A stretch of DNA of 64,000 nucleotides, taken from positions 82,851 through 146,850 of the IMG/VR virus record IMGVR_UViG_3300026472_000003; one strand, 5' to 3'. The position numbers and the translations under genes are program-made. This DNA comes from a virus (lineage: Duplodnaviria; Heunggongvirae; Uroviricota; Caudoviricetes). Of the stretch, positions 47,806 to 56,501 are shown piece by piece. Numbering within the stretch: position 1 is the first letter of the stretch; each line of letters opens with the position of its first letter. The notes beneath the pieces are model-generated. The model saw only the letters and a list, made by a program, of their open reading frames with translations. It did not search any database and was not told the origin of the DNA.

Positions 47806-48191
47806 TTTGAGTCTCCTCTGTTCATGATTATAAAGTGCCGTGGCTTCGCGTTCCCGCTGGAATCAACAAAGCCCGACTTGATTCTTGTAATGTAGCCAAA
47901 ATCTTCCATTTTCTTTAAGAACTCAGAAACCTTCGGCTGTAGCTTCTCACTCAGACCAAACAGTTGGCAAAGAGATTTCTGTGATGGGAAAAACACATAG
48001 TCACCTGCGTCCTTGTTGATACTCTTGAAGTAATCATATCGCCACCAAAGTTTCATGAGCCTCTGCAAGTCCAAAGGAGTGAGTCGGCTATCAAACACCC
48101 AAGAAGTGGGAACAGTAAGGTATGACCCTTCCCGCACCGACACGGTGCTTTCTCCCAGTTTGATCTCCACCACTTTCTCCCCTTGGTTCAC
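47802..48191 (-). CDS. putative winged-helix DNA-binding protein (first gene of minus-strand operon)
   Basis: C-terminal LSEKLQPKVSEFLKKMEDFGYITRIK resembles a wHTH. GTG start, close to a TTGACA-N18-TAGTAT promoter. Confidence 0.35.
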   Translation of the reverse strand: MNQGEKVVEIKLGESTVSVREGSYLTVPTSWVFDSRLTPLDLQRLMKLWWRYDYFKSINKDAGDYVFFPSQKSLCQLFGLSEKLQPKVSEFLKKMEDFGYITRIKSGFVDSSGNAKPRHFIIMNRGDSK

Positions 48192-48201
48192 AATGTGGAG
48201 G

Positions 48202-48231
48202 ATACTAACCCACCCAAATCCTTCTTGTCAA
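48202..48231 (-). promoter_or_regulatory. sigma70-like promoter TTGACA-N18-TAGTAT for the minus-strand operon
   Basis: -35 revcomp at 48226-48231, -10 revcomp at 48202-48207. Confidence 0.4.
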
Positions 48232-48240
48232 CACCTCTCC

Positions 48241-48285
48241 TAATTATACCCAAAAAAGTATGTCTAATTATACCCAAAAAAGTAT
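48241..48285. repeat. two perfect 21-bp direct repeats TAATTATACCCAAAAAAGTAT (24-bp period)
   Basis: Copies at 48241-48261 and 48265-48285, just upstream of the -35 of the leftward promoter. Confidence 0.8.
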
Positions 48286-48331
48286 ACAATACTAACTTAT
48301 GATCTAAACTAACTTATAAAACATAAAAACA

Positions 48332-48349
48332 AAAGATCTAAAGATCTTT
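48332..48349. promoter_or_regulatory. palindrome AAAGATCTAAAGATCTTT (tandem AGATCT)
   Basis: Within the divergent intergenic region. Confidence 0.5.
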
Positions 48350-48390
48350 AAGACCTTATAGGGGTATTTGATTTTTCTTTTGATTGGTTG

Positions 48391-48418
48391 TTGACTCCTC
48401 CTGTCAGACTGGTATGAT
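48391..48418 (+). promoter_or_regulatory. sigma70-like promoter TTGACT-N16-TATGAT for the plus-strand early genes
   Basis: About 30 nt upstream of the AGGAGA RBS of the 48448 gene. Confidence 0.5.
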
Positions 48419-48447
48419 GGTGCCATTGAATACAGGAGAAAGCAACC

Positions 48448-48723
48448 ATGAAAGATAAGAAACGACCTGCATCAGAGATAGAGGTCTCCCGTTTGGAGTT
48501 GGTACGTGAAGTCTTCCGTGAGTGCGGAAGAGAGAAAACCGTTTGTGTTGTGATCCCTGATGGTGTTACAATCCGTAATGTGTTTGGCATCTTCTACGAC
48601 GCTGTCGTAATCCGGTTGACCAAGTCAAAGGCACTGGTCGTGCCTGTTGGGGATCTGACAGAAAGTCATATCGATGACTTTGAATGTGTGTTGGATCTCT
48701 CGTGTATTCCAATTCCTGCGTAG
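48448..48723 (+). CDS. hypothetical protein
   Basis: 91 aa, strong RBS. Confidence 0.5.
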   Translation: MKDKKRPASEIEVSRLELVREVFRECGREKTVCVVIPDGVTIRNVFGIFYDAVVIRLTKSKALVVPVGDLTESHIDDFECVLDLSCIPIPA

Positions 48724-48821
48724 GAAGCCCGTAGACGGGTTCTACTGTGTGTGCAGTACACTTGGGTTGGTTGGGTGTAGATAACGCAGGAGAGAGCGTC
48801 TGGTGAGCTTCCTGAGGCTAT

Positions 48822-49142
48822 GTGGAGGTGATTTTGAAATCTAAATCTTTAGGAGGCACCTCCGTGTACGGGGAGGCCTATAAAAAGCTCGAAGAGATTA
48901 TCTCAGAGAGTGAGAAGAAGTATAACTGTAAGCTGTACATTGACTCCGCTGTTGGTTCAATGCAAAACTGGTTGCAGGTGAGTGTGTTCATACACGGTGA
49001 CAGGAACGTGGTCAACATTGTGGCTATCAAGATCATGAGCTGGCAACATAACCACCTGGCAGCGTGGGAGAACCACTACGTGTATGTTTATCCTGCGGAG
49101 GATATGGAAAAGTATGAAGAAATCAATAAAAAAGCCTACTAA
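48822..49142 (+). CDS. hypothetical protein (possible internal GTG start at 48864 with AGGAGG RBS)
   Basis: ORF track start is GTG at 48822. Confidence 0.4.
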   Translation: MEVILKSKSLGGTSVYGEAYKKLEEIISESEKKYNCKLYIDSAVGSMQNWLQVSVFIHGDRNVVNIVAIKIMSWQHNHLAAWENHYVYVYPAEDMEKYEEINKKAY

Positions 49143-49428
49143 ATCAACATTCGACAAGGATGCTTTTGTCTTTAGTACGGATGTGGAAAGATTGGAGCAG
49201 GCCATCAAGGAACGCTTGGAGGAGCTGGAAGACCTGAGAGAATACCAGCAACCTGACGCGGATCAAAGAAAAAGGATAAACGATCTTTGTTACTGGATTG
49301 GTGTTTGGGAGATAGGACTACCTGAGGCGAAGCGCCGTGGCATGAAAACTGTCCCGACCAGCGCCAGGGAGAATGCGATATTGGGATTGTTTGATAAACC
49401 GAAACCAACGAGGGCCAAAAAGAAATGA
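49084..49428 (+). CDS. hypothetical basic protein (alternative start 49114)
   Basis: Overlaps the previous ORF. K/R-rich termini. Confidence 0.35.
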   Translation: MFILRRIWKSMKKSIKKPTKSTFDKDAFVFSTDVERLEQAIKERLEELEDLREYQQPDADQRKRINDLCYWIGVWEIGLPEAKRRGMKTVPTSARENAILGLFDKPKPTRAKKK

Positions 49429-49667
49429 AAAGCCTGAATAAATTATACCGTCGGTACAACAAGTTAAAAGCAAAACGGGCTGGTGTCGTTCAAGCATTCG
49501 TTGTTAGTAAAGAGGCAATGAAGCAAAATCGAATAACCCCTTGCCAGAGAGACTTGATACGCAAGTGGTTGGGGCCTTCTGTTGAAGAAATGGACGCAGA
49601 GATAAGAAATCTGAAAGGAAAAATCTCTGTAAAATTAGGAGAAATACATGCTTCATATAACATCTGA
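49425..49667 (+). CDS. hypothetical protein
   Basis: 80 aa. Confidence 0.4.
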   Translation: MKSLNKLYRRYNKLKAKRAGVVQAFVVSKEAMKQNRITPCQRDLIRKWLGPSVEEMDAEIRNLKGKISVKLGEIHASYNI

Positions 49668-50223
49668 CACCCACGATTCACATAAGAACATCCTGGGTTT
49701 CCCTTCCTGCAACAAGTTCCGTTATGACCTGTATGGGCCGAAGGAAGACCCTGAGAGTGTTGTCCGAATGAACGAAGGGATAGTTAAAATCTGGAACCAG
49801 CACGTCTCCCCACAAGATACTGTGTATCACTTGGGGGATGTGAGTTTGGCCTATGGCAAGAAGTCCATTGAGGCTCTCCATCGGTTTTTAAGTTCTGTGA
49901 ATGGAAAGATAACCCTCCTTCGGGGGAATCACGACCATAAAGAAACACGGAAGATGTTTGAAATGTTTGGTCACGAGGTTAAGGACTACCTTGAGATTGA
50001 GTTTGAGAAAGTCAAGGTGTGTATGTCCCACTACCCATTTGCGTCGTGGAATAAAGCTCACCACGGGTCGGTGATGTTGCATGGGCATAGCCACGGGTCT
50101 TACACGGCACCAGGCGGCAGAATATTGGATGTTGGTTGGGATGTTCATGGAAGACCATTAACCATGAAAGAGGCAGTTGACATCTGCCTGAAAAAGCCTG
50201 TATTCTCTACTGACCATCACTAA
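49648..50223 (+). CDS. calcineurin-like metallophosphoesterase
   Basis: Motifs DTHDSH, GDVSLAYG, GNHDHKE, HGHSHG. AGGAGA RBS. Confidence 0.65.
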   Translation: MLHITSDTHDSHKNILGFPSCNKFRYDLYGPKEDPESVVRMNEGIVKIWNQHVSPQDTVYHLGDVSLAYGKKSIEALHRFLSSVNGKITLLRGNHDHKETRKMFEMFGHEVKDYLEIEFEKVKVCMSHYPFASWNKAHHGSVMLHGHSHGSYTAPGGRILDVGWDVHGRPLTMKEAVDICLKKPVFSTDHH

Positions 50224-50235
50224 ATAAGGATTATC

Positions 50236-51162
50236 GTGGAAAAGTTCAATGTAGATGACTTAATAGCCAAAGGCCTTGTTCGTGCAAAGACTTACACCGA
50301 GGGCCAGTTCTCTGGCTTACGTGTGTTGAAGTATCACGGGCGTGTTTTTTGGGACAATATGTGGAAGCAAGACCCGCGATTGAAGGAGTGTCGTGGGATT
50401 GTTGTTGACCAAGATGATAACGTAATACTGCACCCGTTCACCAAAATCTTCAACCGTGGTGAAAACAAAACGGATCTTGCAATGGATCGCGTTGTTATCG
50501 AAGTGGAGAAGATAAACGGCTTCATGGCTGGGGCCACTGTATACAAAGGGAAGTGGTTAGTTTCGACGACTGGTACATTGGATTCTGACTATGCACGACT
50601 GGCGGAGGAAGTTATCCAGTTCTATAATCCATATCCGTCTCTTGACATTGGTTATACGCAAGAAGGGGCGATGTGGCGATCTTTGGATTTAATGTTTGAG
50701 ATTTGTCATCCATCAGACCCACACATCGTTGAGCAAGAGCCGGGGGCCTATTTGATAGGCGCTCGGTGCAGAGGTACAGGGAGAATGCTCTCTGAATCAG
50801 CACTGGACGGTATCTGCCCTGTTGGATGGAAACGTCCAGCTTGGCGCAAGTGTCTCTTTGCAGACACCGTAGAGGCCGCTAAATCATGCAAACATGAAGG
50901 CTTCGTGGTTCGTGATGTTGATTCTGGTGAACTTCTGCTGAAAATAAAGTCACCACACTACTTGGCGAAGAAATTCTTCATGCGTGGTGGGATTAAGAAG
51001 TGCGACTTAATCTGGGATACGGATCGTGTGAAGAAGTCGGTGGATGAAGAATACTACCCACTTCTCGACTACATCCGAGCAAATTATACAAAAGAGGCCT
51101 GGCTGGCCCTGCAAGAGCAGGAGCGCCGCCTGAAAATAGAGGCTTATTTGGAGGGAGATTGA
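50236..51162 (+). CDS. RNA ligase-like nucleotidyltransferase
   Basis: Motif I EKINGF (KxNG), motif IV EGFVV, motif V LLKIKSP. Confidence 0.5.
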   Translation: MEKFNVDDLIAKGLVRAKTYTEGQFSGLRVLKYHGRVFWDNMWKQDPRLKECRGIVVDQDDNVILHPFTKIFNRGENKTDLAMDRVVIEVEKINGFMAGATVYKGKWLVSTTGTLDSDYARLAEEVIQFYNPYPSLDIGYTQEGAMWRSLDLMFEICHPSDPHIVEQEPGAYLIGARCRGTGRMLSESALDGICPVGWKRPAWRKCLFADTVEAAKSCKHEGFVVRDVDSGELLLKIKSPHYLAKKFFMRGGIKKCDLIWDTDRVKKSVDEEYYPLLDYIRANYTKEAWLALQEQERRLKIEAYLEGD

Positions 51163-51584
51163 CACAACAAATTTACCTTGGGACGCTGTACATAATTCGG
51201 GGCTGCTCCGGCTCCGGTAAATCTACCTTCTCGAAAGAGCTGGCAGAGGTTACCGGAGGAATCCGTTATGAGGCGGACATGTACATGTATGATGAAGATG
51301 GTCATTATGACTGGCAGGCGGGCAAGCTGAAAGCCGCCCACCGCTGGGTGTATGAAGGGATAAGGGGCTGCATGATAAATGCAAAAGGCCCTTTGATCAT
51401 CGCTGACACGAACGTTAAGATCCGAGATTTGCAACTTTACCTTGACTTGGCTGCGGAGTATAACTATCGTGTTATCTCCTTGGTCTTAGAGAACAGGCAC
51501 GGGAACAAGTCCATCCATGACGTTCCTGACAAGACTATGCGCCGACAGGAGTCAGCGTTGCGTCAATCCCTCAAATTGGTGTGA
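51159..51584 (+). CDS. polynucleotide 5'-kinase (P-loop, T4 Pnk-like)
   Basis: Walker A GCSGSGKST in LYIIRGCSGSGKSTFSKEL, similar to T4 Pnkp ILTIGCPGSGKSTWAREF. Confidence 0.55.
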   Translation: MTQQIYLGTLYIIRGCSGSGKSTFSKELAEVTGGIRYEADMYMYDEDGHYDWQAGKLKAAHRWVYEGIRGCMINAKGPLIIADTNVKIRDLQLYLDLAAEYNYRVISLVLENRHGNKSIHDVPDKTMRRQESALRQSLKLV

Positions 51585-52069
51585 CCATGAGAACTCCTTT
51601 AGGTGATGGTGTTGACCACATCAATATCTACACGAAGGGGAGAACTCTCTTGGGGCGGATGCTGACCAACCTGTATGATTGTCAGTTCACCGTCCCTGGG
51701 TATGGCACATTCCAGAGCCTTGAGGGGTTCTGGTATTACTACCTAACTGGTTGCCAGTTTGAAGAGTTCAAATCTAAACGTGGTTTTGATGCCAAAAAAG
51801 CGGGAAAAACGAAAAGGGATTCGCGGATAGACAAGGATGGGTTGACCGAAGGTCAGAAATCTGTCATTCTGGAGGCGATCCGGTGCAAACTAAGGCAAAA
51901 TAAGGATATTCTCCTCGCTTTGGCGAGGTCTGACCTACCATTTGCACACTATTATTTCTACGGAGAACCTGAGAACGCCAAGGTCATAGAGCTACCACAG
52001 TTCGATTGGATGATTGAGGAGTTTACAAGGCTTCGCGGCTTATTGAAGGATATTGGATATGGCATTTGA
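51581..52069 (+). CDS. NADAR (YbiA/DUF1768-like) domain protein
   Basis: INIYTKGRTLLGRMLTNLYDCQFTVPGYGTFQSLEGFWYY fits the F..LSNF..F..G..F.S.EH.YQ core pattern. Confidence 0.45.
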   Translation: MTMRTPLGDGVDHINIYTKGRTLLGRMLTNLYDCQFTVPGYGTFQSLEGFWYYYLTGCQFEEFKSKRGFDAKKAGKTKRDSRIDKDGLTEGQKSVILEAIRCKLRQNKDILLALARSDLPFAHYYFYGEPENAKVIELPQFDWMIEEFTRLRGLLKDIGYGI

Positions 52070-52280
52070 TAGCGGATTGAGCGAGCTGGGGAAGGCTTTC
52101 ATAAGAGATAACCCACCACTCCTTTCCCTTCTTTACGATGCAAACATACTGCCGGAGGTGGTTGTGACTTTACAGAACCCTGCAAGACGTGCAACTCTGC
52201 TGGTGGCTGTTGTGGCATATGCACTCGGGAAGGGGCATGAAGACCCGAACACATTACTTAAACCTCAGGAGACAGCTTAA
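52053..52280 (+). CDS. hypothetical protein
   Basis: 75 aa. Confidence 0.35.
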   Translation: MDMAFDSGLSELGKAFIRDNPPLLSLLYDANILPEVVVTLQNPARRATLLVAVVAYALGKGHEDPNTLLKPQETA

Positions 52281-53128
52281 TGCGTCGATTAATAGTTATC
52301 TCTGGTGCTGGTCTGTCCGCTGAAAGCGGGATCAGAACCTTCCGCACTGACGAAGTGTCAGGGAAATCATTGTGGGACGAGTACAACCTTGAAGAGGTTT
52401 GTAACGTTCACGGGTTTAATACTGGTTACACATACCGTAATGACCCATTCCCTCCGCTGGCAGCACTGTCCGAGGAGACTGAGACATCACCATCTCAGAA
52501 TCTTTATCGTCTGACGCATGATTTTTATAATAAACGGCGGGTTGAGTTGCAGACTGTTGAACCGAATGCAGCACACAACGCAATCGCTGATTGGCACCGC
52601 CGTTTCCCTGGTAAGGTGATTAACCTGACCACAAACGTGGATGACCTTCTCGAACGTGCAGGGGTTGACCGTGATGATGTAATCCACGTTCACGGATACC
52701 TGCCAGAGGTGAAAATTCAGGAAAAAGAAGGCGGGAGTAAAAAGACAATCGATATTGGTTATTCTGAGATCAACCCTGACGATCATCACTGGGCCAAGCC
52801 AAATGTTGTATTCTTCCACGAGAATGCACCGCTGTATGCTGACCTGTATGACCTTATTGATTCTTTGACGAGTCAAGACTTGGTTATCATTGTTGGTTGC
52901 TCGAATATTGTAATCGATTTTGACCGTTTACTTTATTCCCCAATCATGAAAGGGACGAAGTGTATTGTTGTGAACCCACGAATCAGTGAGGCCGATACGA
53001 CATTGTACACCTCTTACGGGATTGCATATTTCCAGACAGGGGCGGTCAGCGCCTTTAGCAATCCAAACCTTGTCAAGGTGGTTGAGGATCACTTAGAGGG
53101 CCTGACATGTCTCCAAGCGAAATCTTAA
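52280..53128 (+). CDS. Sir2-like (sirtuin-fold) protein lacking the zinc ribbon
   Basis: GAGLSAESGIRTFR (NAD-binding GAGISxxSGIPxFR), TTNVDDLLERAG, catalytic HG in IHVHGYL. No CxxC pairs. Confidence 0.7.
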   Translation: MRRLIVISGAGLSAESGIRTFRTDEVSGKSLWDEYNLEEVCNVHGFNTGYTYRNDPFPPLAALSEETETSPSQNLYRLTHDFYNKRRVELQTVEPNAAHNAIADWHRRFPGKVINLTTNVDDLLERAGVDRDDVIHVHGYLPEVKIQEKEGGSKKTIDIGYSEINPDDHHWAKPNVVFFHENAPLYADLYDLIDSLTSQDLVIIVGCSNIVIDFDRLLYSPIMKGTKCIVVNPRISEADTTLYTSYGIAYFQTGAVSAFSNPNLVKVVEDHLEGLTCLQAKS

Positions 53129-53142
53129 AACAAGAGGTCACA

Positions 53143-53310
53143 ATGACCCGTCTTGAACTTATCACCGTCATGGAGGATGCCTTTATTGATGGTTGGAACA
53201 AGAAAGATTGTGACTGGTACAATCCTCAGGACTTCCTTGAGGCACACAAACAATACGGCGAAAGCTCTGAAACAACTATCGCTATTGATAACCTGAAAGA
53301 GGGCCATTAA
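53143..53310 (+). CDS. small hypothetical protein
   Basis: ATG at 53143 with AAGAGG RBS. The track's 53107 start overlaps the Sir2-like gene. Confidence 0.35.
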   Translation: MTRLELITVMEDAFIDGWNKKDCDWYNPQDFLEAHKQYGESSETTIAIDNLKEGH

Positions 53311-53313
53311 CGT

Positions 53314-54621
53314 ATGAGTATCAGCTTAGACACTCCGGTGCTTTTTGCATTGAACAAAGATGCATCCTTCCAGAAATGGAAGGTGTTCACGGAGGGGGAT
53401 GAGGTTGTTGTCGAGTTCGGTAAGCTCGGCGGAAAAATGCAACAAAAACGCACCAAATGTGAGATGAAGAATGTCGGTCGGGCTAACCAGACGGATGCCG
53501 ACTTCCAAGCTCTGTTAGAAGCTCGATCTAAATGGGAAAAACAGGTTCGTCTTGGCTATCGGGAAAGTGTTGAGCTGTTAACGCTGGAGGAGAATCTCTC
53601 CACGATGCTGGCCCATGATTACCTGAAAAAACCGAATGCCATTGTTCTACCTTGCTATACTCAACCAAAACTAGATGGTGTCCGTGCTCTGGTTCTGTAT
53701 ACGGACGGTGTTCCAGTATTTAATAGTCGTGGCAATAAGACATATCCTGTCCAGGGTAAACTTATTTCTCAAATGACTCGCTTGGCAAACGAAACAGGGT
53801 TTGACAAATTCGATGGGGAGCTGTACATTCATGGCTTGAGTTTGCAGAAGATTTCTGCCCTGGCGAAGAAGTGGCGGAGCCACGAGATGATTGCGGAAGA
53901 AATCCAGAAGGATTACGAAGCAGACATCAAGCGCCGGAACAAGGCAATAGCCGCAGGGGAAGAGAAATACAAAAACTTCGACGACGTTCTGTTCAGCGTG
54001 GATGTTGAGCCAGTTAAAGATGTTGACCGCTACAAAGGTTATTGCAGCTTCGACTTGCAGTTCCACATCTTTGATATTCCAGTGAACAAAAATAGTGTCT
54101 GGTGTGATAATGAAAAAGCTCCAGCATTCTGCCGCCTAGCGGACTTGATTGAAGTGGACACCGTGGTGGGTGTTAAAGAATCAGGGTATAGCCACATCCA
54201 TACTGTACTGGGTAGTTTTTGCCATACTCTGGAAGAAGTGAAGACCACCGTTGGTGTTAACATGCAAAGCGGCTACGAAGGATCGATGATTCGAAACTTC
54301 AAGGGTGTTTATGAGTTCGGACAGCGGTCTTCTGACCTTCTGAAATGGAAGATATTCCAGACAGCAGAGGCCAAAGTGAAGGACTCAAAAGAGGATAAGA
54401 ACGGTGAAGGTGTTCTGGACTGCGTGGAGCAAGACGGGACTGAGTTTAGCTGTAAGATGAAAGGGACTCATGCTGAGAGAACCCAGTCAAACATGCTGAA
54501 ACTCAAAGGCCAGTTCATTACCTTTAGTTTCCAAGCGCGTACCGATGCGGGTGTTCCGCAGTTCCCAGTGGGGATTTGTGTACGTGAAGTTAATCCAACA
54601 ACATGGGAGCCTATTTACTAA
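53314..54621 (+). CDS. ATP-dependent DNA ligase
   Basis: Motif I PKLDGVRAL (KxDG). Confidence 0.7.
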   Translation: MSISLDTPVLFALNKDASFQKWKVFTEGDEVVVEFGKLGGKMQQKRTKCEMKNVGRANQTDADFQALLEARSKWEKQVRLGYRESVELLTLEENLSTMLAHDYLKKPNAIVLPCYTQPKLDGVRALVLYTDGVPVFNSRGNKTYPVQGKLISQMTRLANETGFDKFDGELYIHGLSLQKISALAKKWRSHEMIAEEIQKDYEADIKRRNKAIAAGEEKYKNFDDVLFSVDVEPVKDVDRYKGYCSFDLQFHIFDIPVNKNSVWCDNEKAPAFCRLADLIEVDTVVGVKESGYSHIHTVLGSFCHTLEEVKTTVGVNMQSGYEGSMIRNFKGVYEFGQRSSDLLKWKIFQTAEAKVKDSKEDKNGEGVLDCVEQDGTEFSCKMKGTHAERTQSNMLKLKGQFITFSFQARTDAGVPQFPVGICVREVNPTTWEPIY

Positions 54622-55085
54622 TGGCACAATACGTTAAAAAGCCAGTGATCATCGAAGCGCACCAGTTCCAAGGGAGCACAACCTCCGCAAACCAGATTAA
54701 GAACTGGATTGAAACAGGTAAGTGGCGTGATGCAGAAATCCACACACGGGATATCCGAACGCTAGAGATCCCAACTCTCGAAGGTGTTATGGTTGCCACT
54801 GCGGGAGACTACATCATCAAAGGCGTCCAAGGTGAGTTTTATCCTTGCAAACCGGAAATCTTCTCTATGACTTATGACCTAGTCTCAGAGGGCGATGAGC
54901 TTAAACCTGGTGATCACAAGGCAAATACTCTGACCGCTGGTGTTCGTATCTCTTATTGTGGTAAGGAATATGACATCACCAAAGTAGAGAACTACCACGA
55001 AGAGACAAAGCTGACTCTTTCCGACAACACGACCATTAAAGTTCGTCCTTGGACTGAGCTGACCGTCGTCCTGAAAGGGGAATAA
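54621..55085 (+). CDS. hypothetical protein
   Basis: ATG overlapping the ligase stop (TAATG). The track start at 54603 lies in the ligase frame region. Confidence 0.4.
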   Translation: MAQYVKKPVIIEAHQFQGSTTSANQIKNWIETGKWRDAEIHTRDIRTLEIPTLEGVMVATAGDYIIKGVQGEFYPCKPEIFSMTYDLVSEGDELKPGDHKANTLTAGVRISYCGKEYDITKVENYHEETKLTLSDNTTIKVRPWTELTVVLKGE

Positions 55086-55088
55086 TAC

Positions 55089-55448
55089 ATGATCTGGTAC
55101 GTGCTTGCTCTGCTGAGTGCGACCATCCTTCTTGTTGGCGGTGTTTTCACCGCCTTCTATTTCCGAAAGGATAAGATGGATGATTTCATCGAGTGGACAG
55201 AGGGTAAACGAAAAACTATCGGAAAAATTTGGGTAGGCCTCTTGCTTCTTGTGACTGTGCTGCTGATCAAGCCGTTATGGAACACAATGACGTGCCAGTT
55301 TGATGGAGTGGCATACAAAGCAACCACGACCTACTCATGGTACAAGAATGGGGCCTATGAAGATAAGTGCCTGTTCCAAAGTAAAAACGGAACATTGCTA
55401 CCGTTAAAAATAAATCGTGACCAGCCGGAAGGCTCAGACAACCATTAA
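55089..55448 (+). CDS. membrane protein (two N-terminal TM helices)
   Basis: 119 aa. Confidence 0.45.
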   Translation: MIWYVLALLSATILLVGGVFTAFYFRKDKMDDFIEWTEGKRKTIGKIWVGLLLLVTVLLIKPLWNTMTCQFDGVAYKATTTYSWYKNGAYEDKCLFQSKNGTLLPLKINRDQPEGSDNH

Positions 55449-55462
55449 TTTGAGGAGAATCA

Positions 55463-56182
55463 ATGAGTAAGATTCGTGCAACACTGAAAACCATGACCCG
55501 CAAACCAACCTTGATCGATCAAGCCATGCATGTTGTGACATGGAACAGTGTAGCAGTTTCAGCCCGAGGCGGCGCATTCACACCGCTGAACAAGCAGTTC
55601 GACTTCTTAGAGGAAGAATACGACGAGACTATTAAAGCCTTGGCGGAAGGTGATATGGTGGAAGTAGTAGACGGGGTTTGTGACATGTTTGTCGTTGCTT
55701 CTTATGCTTTCTGGTTGACACTAAAAGGAAATAAAGATCACGTTGACGATGACTCCATCAAAAGCCTGATCAGCTTGTGTAAATACAACCCAGGGGTCAG
55801 TTTCAGCTTAGTAGAGCTGGAGATGGCTATCGCTGAGGAGCGGAAGGCGTATAAAGCGTTGGAGCAAGTGATTGCCCTAGCCTACAGCCTCGACATCAAT
55901 CTCGGATACAACCTCAACGAGGTTCTTGCTTCGAATGATAGTAAGTACCCGACCATGGCAGAGTTACGTGCTGAGTTAGACAAGCAATGGGCGAATATTA
56001 AAACGTTGAGTGATGACGAGGTTCTGGCACACGAGGCAAAACAAATTGAGGCCCGTGAAGGCGGTAAATACTCTGGCGTCTATGCGGTTCTTAACGAAGC
56101 CACAGGCCAATATGTGTTCCTCACAGATGCAGGAAAAATTGTTAAACCAATTACTTTCAGAAAACCGAAAATAATCGTTTGA
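55463..56182 (+). CDS. MazG-like nucleotide pyrophosphohydrolase (tentative)
   Basis: FDFLEEEYDETIKAL (EExxE-like) and DGVCDMFVV acidic motifs. Confidence 0.35.
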   Translation: MSKIRATLKTMTRKPTLIDQAMHVVTWNSVAVSARGGAFTPLNKQFDFLEEEYDETIKALAEGDMVEVVDGVCDMFVVASYAFWLTLKGNKDHVDDDSIKSLISLCKYNPGVSFSLVELEMAIAEERKAYKALEQVIALAYSLDINLGYNLNEVLASNDSKYPTMAELRAELDKQWANIKTLSDDEVLAHEAKQIEAREGGKYSGVYAVLNEATGQYVFLTDAGKIVKPITFRKPKIIV

Positions 56183-56207
56183 CAAAAGATACGGGGTCAC
56201 TCATAAT
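56179..56207 (+). promoter_or_regulatory. sigma70 promoter TTGACA-N17-CATAAT
   Basis: Near-consensus spacing. The ORF track's TTG start at 56179 is actually the -35 element. Confidence 0.55.
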
Positions 56208-56232
56208 GACCCCATCGAAACAAAACGAGGAA

Positions 56233-56493
56233 ATGACCGTGGAAATGTCCGCAGCAGAGCAGTACAAAAACAAAGTTCGCACCGAAATGATTCAGGTACG
56301 AAATCTCTCAGACATTTATGGTTTTGTTGTGGCTCCAATGCCGTCCTCAGGCCAGCGTATGCTGCTTTGTGGTCAGAAACGTAAGTGGGGCAACTCCTAC
56401 AAACGTTATGCAGTCCCAGTTCATGAGTCTGAGCTTCTCAAGGCCATCATGAAGGTGCTTGGAAGTGGTGGAAAAGTTTTCGAAGTTAAATAA
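56233..56493 (+). CDS. hypothetical protein (start reassigned downstream of promoter)
   Basis: ATG at 56233 with ACGAGGAA RBS, downstream of the predicted TSS. Confidence 0.4.
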   Translation: MTVEMSAAEQYKNKVRTEMIQVRNLSDIYGFVVAPMPSSGQRMLLCGQKRKWGNSYKRYAVPVHESELLKAIMKVLGSGGKVFEVK

Positions 56494-56501
56494 ATAACTC
56501 G

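Noticed and set aside
48241-48285. Possible CRISPR-like repeat
   Set aside because: Only two copies of the 21-mer with a 3-bp spacer. No array, and no cas genes anywhere in the window.
56179-56232. TTG start proposed by the ORF track for the 56179..56493 gene
   Set aside because: The TTG is the first codon-sized piece of a near-consensus -35 TTGACA, so transcription starts downstream of it. The start was reassigned to ATG 56233.
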